Both the position numbers and the translations under genes were made by a program. A stretch of DNA of 42,701 nt from Verrucomicrobiota bacterium. Lineage in GTDB: Bacteria > Verrucomicrobiota > Verrucomicrobiia > Limisphaerales > Palsa-1400. Of the stretch, positions 23,814-34,027 are shown piece after piece. The stretch lies in NCBI GenBank assembly GCA_050015895.1, contig JBEKAN010000001.1, positions 1 through 42,701 of the forward strand. The letters are read 5' to 3'. The number at the start of each line of letters is the position of its first letter. The first letter of the stretch is position 1. The notes beneath the pieces were generated by a model that was not told where the DNA came from, made no database searches, and saw only the letters and a program-made list of their open reading frames with translations.

Positions 23814-24513
23814 AGGTGAAGACATTGACGTTGACCTTGGCCGGGTCCAGGACCTCATCGCCGCCGCAGCAGCAGCAGCCGCTGGCGTGGGCCACGTCGT
23901 TGAGGCCATCCTTGGAATAGACGACGGCCAGGCGGCCGTTGATCTCCAGGCCCTCGAGCGAAACGCCTTTGCCGTGCTTCTCGGTGAGGCGTGGAATCTG
24001 ATTGACGATGGAGAAGATGGGATGGGACATGGGGATTTCCTGGAAGGGATATTCGGGGAAGCAGACTTTGATCTCGTCGCGGAAGGATTTGTCCCATTTC
24101 TCGTCCGAGCAGCCCGGGCTGACGAGGAGAAAGCCGCCCTGGGTGAGGTATTTGCGGAGCTGGTCGCGCTCCTTTTGGGAGAGGGAAAAGGGGTCGTTGC
24201 CGGACATGACGCAGAAGGGGTAGTCGAAGAGGGAGTCGGAGTCGAGGCGGACGGGGCAGAATTTTTTATTGACACGAAGATTGGTCTTCGCCTCGACGTC
24301 AGTGAGGAACTTGTCGGCGAAACAGACGGAGCTTTTGTTGCCGGCGTAGATCAGATTGCCGCATTGGAGGAGGGTGAGGTCCGAATGGACCGGAGCGGAC
24401 GGCGCGGACGGAGCGGACGGCGTGAACTGGCCGAAGCACGACACGGCCAGGAGGAAGAGCGCCGCGGCGGCCGGGGCGCATAGACACTTTGGAAGATCAG
24501 TTTTGTTTTTCAT
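23797..24513 (-). CDS. DUF4159-like secreted protein
   Basis: ATG at 24513 with a signal-like N-terminus. The segments FCVMSGNDPFSLSQKERDQLRKYLTQGGFLLVS and SGCCCCGGDE fit my recollection of DUF4159 proteins, which accompany MoxR/BatA clusters. HMM confirmation is needed. Confidence 0.75.
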   Translation of the reverse strand: MKNKTDLPKCLCAPAAAALFLLAVSCFGQFTPSAPSAPSAPVHSDLTLLQCGNLIYAGNKSSVCFADKFLTDVEAKTNLRVNKKFCPVRLDSDSLFDYPFCVMSGNDPFSLSQKERDQLRKYLTQGGFLLVSPGCSDEKWDKSFRDEIKVCFPEYPFQEIPMSHPIFSIVNQIPRLTEKHGKGVSLEGLEINGRLAVVYSKDGLNDVAHASGCCCCGGDEVLDPAKVNVNVFTYAVLY

Positions 24514-27409
24514 TGGCAGGTTTGTCCTTTCGGGAGGTGATGGCCTTGAAGTAGTTTTCGACGACGTCGTTGTATTCCGCGATGACCGCTTCGGAGGAAA
24601 CGGCGGCGGACCGTAGGTTGACGGGCTTCAACCCTTTGGTGGCGTCGGATTTGTCGGTTTCCCCCGAGCCGGCGCCGGGCAGCGCGCCCGCGCCCGAGCC
24701 GAGGCGGGCGGACTGGCGGGAGTTTTTGCCGGTGACGGGGCGGGATTCGTTGCCCATGACATTCAAGGCCGAGCCGTCCGTCATGGCGTAACCCGAATCA
24801 CCCGACTCACCCTGGCCCCGGCCTCCGGGGTGTCCGGGTTGCGAGGTGGAGCCGAACTTGCGGCTGCGGGACATCTGCGCGAAATTGTCGCCGGGCCTCA
24901 TGCCCTGCAATTTGAGATAGGCGTCCAGCTCGCCGCTGGAGGGGCGGTCGCCGCCCGAGGATTGGCCGACCATTTTTTCCATCTCGCCGCGCAGCCGGTC
25001 CGCCAACTCCGAAGCCTGATCGCCGCGGCCCGCCAGCATCTGGCTGGTGGCCTGTTCGGCCAGAGGCTCCAGGCGGGCGGAGGCCATTTGGTCCGCCAGG
25101 TCGCGCCCGCTTTGGGCGGCCTTGGGGAAAAGCTTCTGGGCCGCCGCGGCGTCCTGGCGCAGGTTGCCCGCGAGGCGGCCGAGGGAGTCGGAGACCTGTT
25201 TTTCCGTCGCGGCCAATTCCTTGAGGGCGAGCTGGTCCTCGCGGCTCAACTGCCCCGGGCGGTTGTAGGCGGCCGCCTGGGCGGCCAAATCCTGTTGCGC
25301 GCGGTAAAGGGACTCGAAGGAGTTGAAATCATTGATCAGGGCCTGCATCTGGGCCATGTCGTCCAGCTTCTGCACGACCTGCTTGTCATTGGCCTCTTGA
25401 GCGCCGCCCAGGCGGGCGACCTGCTCGTCGGAGGCCTTTTTGAGATCGTTCAGCATGTCCGGGGACAAAGTGCGACCGCCGGACGGCGGGGAGCTGCGCT
25501 GGGCGATTTGGCGGGCGGCCGCGTCGTTGGCGCTGGCGCTCTGGCGGATGGCCTCGGCCTGCTGACGGAGGGCTTCCTGGAGGTCCTTTTCCACGTCATA
25601 GAGGGGGATGTCGCGGACGAAATTGTCCATGCGGGAGGCCTCCTGATTGAGTTTCTGGTTCAACTCGTTTTGTTTGGCGATCAGGCTGTCAAGTTGCTGC
25701 GCCAGAGCCGCGCTTTGGCTGGCATCGGTTTTGGCCAGTTGATCGCCAAGCTTTTGAATTTCCCCGCCGAGCTGTTTTTGCTGGTCAATGAGTGCCTGCA
25801 ACTCGTCGTTGAGCGCGGCGTATTTGGCCTCGGCGTCGGCGATGTCGCTTTGTTCGCGGAGAAAATTGTTGTAATCCTCCACGCTGATGACTTGGAGGCG
25901 GACGGTCTGGCTGCGCGAGAGATGCGGCTGCGGGGCGGTGTCCAGCGCCTCGGCGAAGAGGGAGACGACATCGCCGGGCTGGACGCCCAGATCGGCGAAT
26001 TGGAAATCGAAGGTCTCGCGGGTGTCGCGGACGATGTTGGTGTAGCTGAAAGTTTTCGGGGCGGAAAAGACGCCGTTCAAACCGCGGTGGAGGCGGACTT
26101 GGCGCAGGCCGTAATCATCGCCGGCCTCCACGACGGCCTGGAGCTTGAAGTCCATCGCCACGAAGGCGTCTTTGTCCGGATTGGCCAGGCGGACCTCCGG
26201 GGGCAAATCGCGCGTGACCGTGAGCGCGCCCTCGCAATCGCCCTGGGAGGCGAGGCCGTCGGTGTCGGTGATGGAAAAGCGCATGCGGCCGGATTCGGCG
26301 GCGATGAAGGAGCCGGAGACTTCCTTGTCGGCGGATTTGACCAGGGCGACGTGCTGGGGCGGGGCGTCGCCGGAGGTCAGGTCCAGGCTCCCTTCGCGCA
26401 AGGGGCGATTGGAGGCGATACGGAAACGCAGTTCGCCGCCTTCCAGGGCCTGGACGCTTTTGAAGGAGTAGGGCGATTCCTCCGGTTTGATGCCGGTGTA
26501 TTCGGGGGGGGCGACGCGGACGAACATCTTTTCCAACTGGGGCGTGAGCGTGACCCCGATGCGGGCCTGCTTGGACTCCGTGACGTTGTCCTTGGTGTGG
26601 GCGAAGACGACCAGTTCGGAGTGAATGTTGTCAAGCAGTTGGTCGTAGCCCGCGCCGGTTTTGTCAAACATCGGCAGCGTGAAGGCCTGGTCGCGGCGGC
26701 CCGGCGGAAAGGCGGTGAGCAAGACCTCTTTGGGCTGATGGCCGGTGGCTTTGACTTTGACGACCAGACCCTTGTCGTAAAGGACGTTGGTGCCCGCCGG
26801 ACCCGGCTGGAGGATCTGCAAATGGGTGAAGGAATAGGGCGGATGATCGCCAAAGGGATCGGCGAAGCGGGCGATCTCGACCGCCGAGACGCGAAAGACC
26901 AGCGCCAGGACGGCGGCCAGGCCGAGCAGCGCCCAGGCCGCGCGCCTGAGCTGCCGGCCCAACGCCTCCGTGCGCGCCAGCCTTTCCATCGGCACCTCGC
27001 GCAGGCCGCCGGCGTAATCGTCCACGGCCTGCCGGGCCAGTTCGCGCGTCGCCGGGGCCAGGGAGGGGTCCTGGGTTTGGCGGCCGAGTTGAAGGAAGTT
27101 GATCAGCCGCGAGCCGAGGGCCGGGTCGCGGGTTTCCAGGAAGCGGGCGATGTGTTCGAGGCGGTTGCGCCGGACAAAGGCCAGATACCAGGCGGAGCCG
27201 GCGAGGGCGAGGACGCCGGCGATCATCGCCAGCAAAATGCCAAGACGCCAGCCCGCGGCGAGATGGAAGATGACATCGAGGATGAACGCCGGGAGGACCA
27301 CCGCGCCGGCATATTTGACCTTGCCGAGCAGGAAGAGTCCGCCCGCCTCCTTTTGATGCGCCCGGTCGGCGGCGGCCAGGCGCTCGAGTATGTTTTGGGT
27401 GTTCAGCAT
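24497..27409 (-). CDS. Large membrane protein with a long C-terminal coiled-coil (possibly DUF4175-type; unverified)
   Basis: The ATG at 27409 overlaps the upstream stop (ATGCTGA). An alternative start at 27475 would add 22 aa. There are TM helices near the N-terminus (AVVLPAFILDVIFHLAAGW, LGILLAMIAGVLALAGSAWYLAF, AAWALLGLAAVLALVF). The C-terminal third is Q/A/L/E-rich heptad-like sequence. Confidence 0.75.
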   Translation of the reverse strand: MLNTQNILERLAAADRAHQKEAGGLFLLGKVKYAGAVVLPAFILDVIFHLAAGWRLGILLAMIAGVLALAGSAWYLAFVRRNRLEHIARFLETRDPALGSRLINFLQLGRQTQDPSLAPATRELARQAVDDYAGGLREVPMERLARTEALGRQLRRAAWALLGLAAVLALVFRVSAVEIARFADPFGDHPPYSFTHLQILQPGPAGTNVLYDKGLVVKVKATGHQPKEVLLTAFPPGRRDQAFTLPMFDKTGAGYDQLLDNIHSELVVFAHTKDNVTESKQARIGVTLTPQLEKMFVRVAPPEYTGIKPEESPYSFKSVQALEGGELRFRIASNRPLREGSLDLTSGDAPPQHVALVKSADKEVSGSFIAAESGRMRFSITDTDGLASQGDCEGALTVTRDLPPEVRLANPDKDAFVAMDFKLQAVVEAGDDYGLRQVRLHRGLNGVFSAPKTFSYTNIVRDTRETFDFQFADLGVQPGDVVSLFAEALDTAPQPHLSRSQTVRLQVISVEDYNNFLREQSDIADAEAKYAALNDELQALIDQQKQLGGEIQKLGDQLAKTDASQSAALAQQLDSLIAKQNELNQKLNQEASRMDNFVRDIPLYDVEKDLQEALRQQAEAIRQSASANDAAARQIAQRSSPPSGGRTLSPDMLNDLKKASDEQVARLGGAQEANDKQVVQKLDDMAQMQALINDFNSFESLYRAQQDLAAQAAAYNRPGQLSREDQLALKELAATEKQVSDSLGRLAGNLRQDAAAAQKLFPKAAQSGRDLADQMASARLEPLAEQATSQMLAGRGDQASELADRLRGEMEKMVGQSSGGDRPSSGELDAYLKLQGMRPGDNFAQMSRSRKFGSTSQPGHPGGRGQGESGDSGYAMTDGSALNVMGNESRPVTGKNSRQSARLGSGAGALPGAGSGETDKSDATKGLKPVNLRSAAVSSEAVIAEYNDVVENYFKAITSRKDKPANEKQN

Positions 27410-29625
27410 AGGCCCCACCGCCTTCGCAAGAACCAGTCCAGACCCAACAATAACCCAGCCAGGTAAAAAACCCAAGCCTCATTCCACACCGGGCGCAGGA
27501 TGGTCTTGGGCGTCTGGTCGGCCTTCAGGCCGCTGACATCCTTGAGCAATTTCGGCAGCTCGTCGGGTTGGATCAGCCGTCCGCCGCTGCTTTCGCACAG
27601 CTTTCGCAGATACACGGTGTCCGCGGCCACTTCGGTCTCCTCGAGATTTTCCGCGAAGACGATGAAACGGGATTCCTGCGTCGTGCCGTCGGGCAGAGTG
27701 ACTGAGGCGCGATAGCGACCGGGGCGTTCGGGCAGAAAATCCCCCGCCAGCCTGCCGGCGCTCTCCGGGACGGCCGTCAGGTTCACGCGGCCCACTTCGG
27801 CGTCGCCGAAGGAAACGGTGACGGGCGCGGTTTGCAATTGCAGATTGGGCTGGCGCAAGGCCATGCGGAAATAGACCTTTTCCCCCAGCAAAATGTCGGC
27901 GGAGTTGAGGCGGAAGGAAACCTGGCGATTGGGGTTGAAATCGCGTCCGGCCAGCAGCCACAAAAGCATCTGGTCCCAAAAGCGGTCGAACGGGGAATTG
28001 ACCCCCTGGACTTTGGAGGCCAGCGCCCAGCGCCACAAGCCGGCCACGCCGATGCTGACGACCTGGCCGCGGCCGAAACGCCGGTGGATGATCGCCGCCT
28101 GCGCGCCGGCGTCATCGCGGCCCGCGGCGACGGCGAAGGTGGAAGTCAGCGGCTTGAGTTCGGAGGGAGTTTTTGCGTCCAGCAAATCCGGCAGCGCGTC
28201 CAGCCCGCCCTCGGCGTCGTTCAAAACCTGAAAGGGGGACATCGCGCGGCCTTCGGCGGTGACGTCCAGGTGAACGCGGTCGCGCGATTTGCCCCCCCAC
28301 AAGACCGGTTCCAGATCGCTGGCCGAATTGGCCGCGAAGGCGCGGCCGCGGCTGAAAATGACCGTGCCGCCGGCTTCGCTGACATATTGATCGAGCAAAC
28401 CCATCGGCGCGCCGGCGGAGGCGGCGCTGGAGGGCGGGGACAAGGGGAGGAGCGAATCCACAGCGCGGCCCAGAATGATGACGTCGTAGGCGCTGAGTTG
28501 ATCGAGGGTCCGCGGCGCCCGCAGTTCGCCGGCGCCGGGGGATTTGCGAATGGCCCGGACATGGTTGGGGCCGAACTGGATGAGGGCGTCGAGGTCAATC
28601 TTGTCGTTGCGCAGGAGAGAGCGCTGCAGGAAAGTGGAGTCCCAATAGGGATCGCCCTCGAGGAGCAAGACGCGGATTTGGTCGTCCAGCACATTGAGGT
28701 AGGTGATGGCGCTGTTGTTGGCGGTGTCCACCTCGTTTTCCAGCGGCGGCACGCGGACCTCGTATTCGTATTGGCCGATATCCGGTTCGCTGACCTCAAA
28801 TTCGACCGGCAGCTCCTGAAGCTGCTGGGCGTTGACCTGTTTGGTCTGGACCACCTGCCCCTGGCGCAGCAACTGGACGGTCAGGTCCTCCAACTCGCAA
28901 CCGATCAGGCGGAGCGTCGCGTTGATGCGGGCCTTTTGTTTGACGTAGCAATAGGGCTGAAAACCGGTGATATGGACGCTGACATCGCGCACGTTGCCCT
29001 GCCTGCCCAGCGCCACGGCGTAAATCGGCGTCCGGCGATTTTGCGCCAGCGCGCCGGTCTTGACGGGATTGACCAGATCAAAATCATGGCCGTCGGTGAG
29101 CAAAATCAGAGCGTTGGCCGCCTCGTCGGCCGGGGTCGCGCCCAACATGGTGCCCACTGATTTGTGAATGCGGGTGGTCCGGCCCTCGGGCGCCAGGTCC
29201 ATGATGGATCGGGTGATGGGCCGGGCGTCGTCGCTGAATTCAAACAAGCGCAGGAGGGGATCGGCCGCCAGTCCGCCGGGGGAAACCGCGCCGGCCTCCA
29301 GCAGCAGGCCGCGGGCGGCGTCGAAGCGGGTTTTGTCGCCCGCGTCGCGCTGTTTCATGCTCAACGAGCTGTCCAGGCCGATCAAGGTGACCTGGTCCCG
29401 CGTCGGCGGCGGGAGGAACTGGCGCCGGGAGGGTTGGAGGAGCAGCGCGAGGACCAGAGCCAGGCCCGCCAGGCGGAAGATCATCAGCGCCAGCGCGCGC
29501 CCGCGCCCGACGCTGGCGCAGACGCTCCAATAAATCCGCACGGTCAGATACAAGAGCAGCAGGCCCATCAGCGCGACGACCGGCGGCGGGAGAATTGGAT
29601 CCAGGATGACGCCGCTGGAGGTCAT
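27403..29625 (-). CDS. Membrane protein with a VWA-like domain (MIDAS-like DSSLS) and a large C-terminal domain
   Basis: The internal ATG at 29625 (MTSSGVILDPILPPPVVALMGLLLLYL...) overlaps the upstream stop by 4 nt. TLIGLDSSLSM is a DxSxS motif. There is a C-terminal TM helix (AWVFYLAGLLLGLDWFL). The track's N-terminal 388 aa are shadow sequence over the neighbouring gene. Confidence 0.75.
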   Translation of the reverse strand: MTSSGVILDPILPPPVVALMGLLLLYLTVRIYWSVCASVGRGRALALMIFRLAGLALVLALLLQPSRRQFLPPPTRDQVTLIGLDSSLSMKQRDAGDKTRFDAARGLLLEAGAVSPGGLAADPLLRLFEFSDDARPITRSIMDLAPEGRTTRIHKSVGTMLGATPADEAANALILLTDGHDFDLVNPVKTGALAQNRRTPIYAVALGRQGNVRDVSVHITGFQPYCYVKQKARINATLRLIGCELEDLTVQLLRQGQVVQTKQVNAQQLQELPVEFEVSEPDIGQYEYEVRVPPLENEVDTANNSAITYLNVLDDQIRVLLLEGDPYWDSTFLQRSLLRNDKIDLDALIQFGPNHVRAIRKSPGAGELRAPRTLDQLSAYDVIILGRAVDSLLPLSPPSSAASAGAPMGLLDQYVSEAGGTVIFSRGRAFAANSASDLEPVLWGGKSRDRVHLDVTAEGRAMSPFQVLNDAEGGLDALPDLLDAKTPSELKPLTSTFAVAAGRDDAGAQAAIIHRRFGRGQVVSIGVAGLWRWALASKVQGVNSPFDRFWDQMLLWLLAGRDFNPNRQVSFRLNSADILLGEKVYFRMALRQPNLQLQTAPVTVSFGDAEVGRVNLTAVPESAGRLAGDFLPERPGRYRASVTLPDGTTQESRFIVFAENLEETEVAADTVYLRKLCESSGGRLIQPDELPKLLKDVSGLKADQTPKTILRPVWNEAWVFYLAGLLLGLDWFLRRRWGLC

Positions 29626-31700
29626 GCCGGTCTCCTCCGCAGGAGAAACTGGAAGCCGCTTTCCAGCAGCAGGAAGGCGAGCGCGCCCGCGATGAACCAG
29701 TGGTAGATGGGCCGGCCGCGGGCCAGTTGGTCGTAATCGTCGCCGCCCGCGACCAGATGCGCCTCGTGGTTGTCGGCGAACTCCGTCGGCAACAGGCCCA
29801 GGTCCATGGGCCGCAAGTCGGATTGGTCGGTGGCGGCGTTGACGGCGAAGGCATAGGCCGGGCGGGGCGCGCCCAGCGTGTAGAATCCAAGCTGGTCGGG
29901 CGTGAAGGAGAGGCTGCAGCGCTCGCCGTTCAACTCCCGTGTGTTGGCGACGGCCGTTCCGGCGGGACTGAGGAGATCGTCGCGCATCTCCGCGCGCCAG
30001 ATTTCCGTCTGCAAGGTTTCCCCGAAGGTGTGCGAGGAGGGAGGCGGCTCGGAGGTGGCTAGGGCTTTGACCAAGTCCTGCATCCACGCCGGGAAAATCC
30101 GCTGGCGGGCCAGGTTGCTGGAGAATTCGCCGGCGGAAAAATTGAGCAGGAGCATCTCGCCCAGCCCGTGATGGAGGGCCGCCATGGCGGGGGAGCCGTC
30201 CCCGAACTCCAGCAGCACGCCGCCCGCGCTGGTCGCGCCGGCCTGGTAATAATCGTAAAACTCCAGCAGCGCCAGGTCCTGGCGCGTGGTGCCCTGGAAT
30301 AATTTCAGGTAGGGCGAATTGAAATCGCCGCGGACGATTTGCTGCGCGCCGGCGGTCACGTTCGTGGCCACGTTGCGCCGGGACAACCGCATGGGCATCG
30401 AGTTTGTGCCGATGGCCTTCTCCAGCCCGGCCAGGTTTTCCGCGTCCGCCGGGCCGTCCAGAAAATAGACCAGCCCGCCGCCGCGAAAAATAAATTTCCC
30501 CGCCGCGTCGCAGGCCTCCGGGGCGAGGCGGTTGATCCGGGTGAAGAAGACCTTTTCCACCCCGGCCAGGCGCGCCGGGGAAAGTTCGGCGGAGGAGACG
30601 ACCCGCGGCAGGAGGGAGCCGGCGTCGTTCTCGAAGGGGTTGAGGGCGGTCTTGAGATAATACGCGCCGGCGCGCGGGTCGTCCGCCGCGTCGGTGACGA
30701 TCAGCACCTCCTCCTTCTCCAGGACGGACAGAGTCAAGTAAAAGTGGTTGTCGTACTCCAGCGCGTCGGGGGGCAGGCGGACCTCGCAAAAATGGACTCC
30801 CGGACCGCCGACGGAGACGGGCACGGTGACTTTTTCCTCCGCCCAGGGCGCCATGGAAACCTCCTGGTCAAAACTATATTTTTTGTCGAGCGTGGCGGTG
30901 ACGCGGCCGACGAAGGGATCGGGGCTGTAATTGCCGATGGAGATTTCCAGGGGCACCGTGTCGCCGGCCAGCATTTGGGTTTGCGAGGGCCGCGCGTCCA
31001 GAATCGCGCGGTTGTCGCGGCGGGCCGGGCCGACATTCTCGAAGAACAATTTTGCGGACGGCGGGAGCATTTTGAAGTTCACGCTGGCCCATTTTTTGCG
31101 CCCGAAATCGGAGATGTAATGGATCTCGGGCCGCGGGGCTTTTCGGCCGAGGAGCCGCGCCGCGGCGGTGTTCGCGGCGTTGACATCGGCGCGGCCAAAC
31201 CCGGGCTTGAGCTGGTCCAGAAACCGTCTCGCCCCGGCGAAGTCTTTGGAGAACGAGGCGAAGCACGTCCGCAAACCCGGCTCCATGAGAAGGAGGTTCA
31301 CGCTGTCGGCCGCCCCGAGCGAATCCATCAGTTTGGCCGCCTCGTGGGCGGCGCGCTCGCGGGAAGGCGGGCCGTCGCCTTTGTCCTCCATGCTGACCGA
31401 GTGATCGAGCACGATGAGTATTTGGCGGCCGGTTTGATCGGCTGGATTGGAGCCCAACCGGCGGAGGACGGGCTGAAGAAAGGCCAGCAGGAGCAGGGCC
31501 AAAACGACGGTGCGCAGCAGCAACAAGATCCAATGCCGCCACTTTTGCAATTTGGAGCGGCGCGCCATCGTCGCCCGGATCAGTTCAATGGAGGGAAATC
31601 TGAAGTGGCGGGGAAAGCCCTTGTTGAGGAGATGCAGCACCAAGGGGAGTCCGATCAAGGGAATCAAAACCGCCAACAAGGCTGGGCTTAAAAAGGACAT
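29622..31700 (-). CDS. BatA-type protein (aerotolerance-regulator N-terminal membrane domain + VWA domain)
   Basis: ATG at 31700. MSFLSPALLAVLIPLIGLPLVLHLLNK is the BatA N-terminal signature. ILIVLDHSVSM is a MIDAS DxSxS motif. 692 aa. Confidence 0.8.
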   Translation of the reverse strand: MSFLSPALLAVLIPLIGLPLVLHLLNKGFPRHFRFPSIELIRATMARRSKLQKWRHWILLLLRTVVLALLLLAFLQPVLRRLGSNPADQTGRQILIVLDHSVSMEDKGDGPPSRERAAHEAAKLMDSLGAADSVNLLLMEPGLRTCFASFSKDFAGARRFLDQLKPGFGRADVNAANTAAARLLGRKAPRPEIHYISDFGRKKWASVNFKMLPPSAKLFFENVGPARRDNRAILDARPSQTQMLAGDTVPLEISIGNYSPDPFVGRVTATLDKKYSFDQEVSMAPWAEEKVTVPVSVGGPGVHFCEVRLPPDALEYDNHFYLTLSVLEKEEVLIVTDAADDPRAGAYYLKTALNPFENDAGSLLPRVVSSAELSPARLAGVEKVFFTRINRLAPEACDAAGKFIFRGGGLVYFLDGPADAENLAGLEKAIGTNSMPMRLSRRNVATNVTAGAQQIVRGDFNSPYLKLFQGTTRQDLALLEFYDYYQAGATSAGGVLLEFGDGSPAMAALHHGLGEMLLLNFSAGEFSSNLARQRIFPAWMQDLVKALATSEPPPSSHTFGETLQTEIWRAEMRDDLLSPAGTAVANTRELNGERCSLSFTPDQLGFYTLGAPRPAYAFAVNAATDQSDLRPMDLGLLPTEFADNHEAHLVAGGDDYDQLARGRPIYHWFIAGALAFLLLESGFQFLLRRRPA

Positions 31701-31703
31701 GGG

Positions 31704-32783
31704 TCACCGGGCGGAAAAGTTGTTTCTGCCGCGAAAGCCGATATGGGCCTCGATGGCGTCCAGATACGGGCGGTTGGTGTGCACCAGCGCGTGGTTGATG
31801 CACCGGTTGTCCGCCTCCCGCGCCAGGGCGTCCGTCCGCCGCCGCGCCGAGTCGCGGTAGGAGGCGCGGATTTCCGCCGTCTCCACCTCCACCACCTCGC
31901 CGGTCTCCATGTCCTGAAAGCGGGCGGCCTCCACGCCGGGCAGATCCAGTTCGTGCGGATGGACGACCTGGAGGAGGAGGATTTCAAATTTGCGGTGGAG
32001 GAAGCGGCTCAAGGAGTCAAACATTTTTTCCGGGTCGTCCCAAAAATCGGAGAGCACGATCAGGCGTCCGCGCTTGCGGAAGAGCAGATCACACTGGGAC
32101 AAGGCGGCGGCGATGCCGGTGCCGGAGGCCGGGACGGCGCCTTCCAACTCGCGCACCAGATTGTGGAGGTGCCCGCGCGTGCCGCCGGGCGGGAGGAAGC
32201 GCAGCATCCGCTCGGCGAACAGGGCCAGGGCGGCTTTGTCGCCTTGATGGATCATCAACCAGGCCAGGGCGGCGGCGATTTTGGCGGCGAGCACAAACTT
32301 GGACTCGCGTCCGTCGCCGGCGTAGTTCATGGAGTTGCTGGCGTCCACCAGCAGATAGATGACCATGTCGGTTTCCGCCTCGTATTGACGGACGTACAAC
32401 CGGCGGGACCGGCCGTAGGCGCGCCAGTCAATGCGCTTGGGGTCGTCCCCGGCGATGTACTCCTTGTAGTCGGTGAACTCGACGGAGGAGCCGCGATGGG
32501 GCGATTTGTGTTTGCCGGCAAAATACCCCTCCACCGTGGAGCGGGCGAAAACCAGCAGGTTGCCAAACCGCTCCAGTTCCTCGGGGGAGAGCAGGGAGGG
32601 TCTGGGCGCGGGCTTGTAACGGTTTAACGCCGAAAGCGCCACGCGTTGGCCGGGCGGCAGGCGCGGCGGAACTTGGATCGGGGGCGGCGTGCCGACGGTC
32701 GCGCTCCAGTTCATCACGCGCTCGCGCGCGGCGGTCGTCACGCGCTCGCGCGCGGCGGCGTTTCCAGGCGCGGTATCAGGCAT
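31704..32783 (-). CDS. DUF58 family protein (VWA-like, MoxR partner)
   Basis: HRGSSVEFTDYKEYIAGDDPKRIDWRAYGRS and LLVDASNSM are typical DUF58 motifs. The start is uncertain: ATG at 32783 or ATG at 32714. Confidence 0.85.
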   Translation of the reverse strand: MPDTAPGNAAARERVTTAARERVMNWSATVGTPPPIQVPPRLPPGQRVALSALNRYKPAPRPSLLSPEELERFGNLLVFARSTVEGYFAGKHKSPHRGSSVEFTDYKEYIAGDDPKRIDWRAYGRSRRLYVRQYEAETDMVIYLLVDASNSMNYAGDGRESKFVLAAKIAAALAWLMIHQGDKAALALFAERMLRFLPPGGTRGHLHNLVRELEGAVPASGTGIAAALSQCDLLFRKRGRLIVLSDFWDDPEKMFDSLSRFLHRKFEILLLQVVHPHELDLPGVEAARFQDMETGEVVEVETAEIRASYRDSARRRTDALAREADNRCINHALVHTNRPYLDAIEAHIGFRGRNNFSAR

Positions 32784-32813
32784 GGGATTGGATCGGCATG
32801 GTCATGCCGGGGG

Positions 32814-33797
<984 letters not shown>

Positions 33798-33982
33798 TTT
33801 ACACTCCCGATTTTTTGTCCGAGGAAGGGATACAGGAGAATGTTCCGAATTTCAATGAGAAATGAACTTTTGTTCCAGGGCGGTGGCGGCGGTTTCGGCG
33901 ATTTGCTGACAACACAAACGCGCCACAAGAAAAGTGTCCAAGTGGTTCAATCGGTTATGGCGGTTTGCGAGAATTGCCCGCC

Positions 33983-34008
33983 GTGGCGGCGAACTGGTTC
34001 GCCGCCAC
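33983..34008. terminator. Perfect 11-bp stem hairpin (GTGGCGGCGAA-ctgg-TTCGCCGCCAC) 20 nt downstream of the GH105-like gene stop
   Basis: Read directly. There is no U-tract on either strand, so its role as an intrinsic terminator is uncertain. Confidence 0.4.
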
Positions 34009-34027
34009 CTCCGTTAGGCCCCCACCC

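Noticed and set aside
24830-31691. + strand ORFs 24830-27466 (878 aa), 27832-29160 (442 aa) and 30339-31691 (450 aa), opposite the VWA/BatA genes
   Set aside because: Their composition is Gly/Ala/Arg-rich shadow, while the minus-strand products have TM helices, MIDAS motifs and coupled start/stop junctions.
32713-32757. 24-bp tandem duplication (tcacgcgctcgcgcgcggcgg x2) at the 5' end of the DUF58 ORF, giving AARERVTTAARERV
   Set aside because: It is probably a slippage duplication upstream of, or within, the non-conserved N-terminus. It mainly adds uncertainty to the start codon (32783 versus 32714) and is not a feature in its own right.
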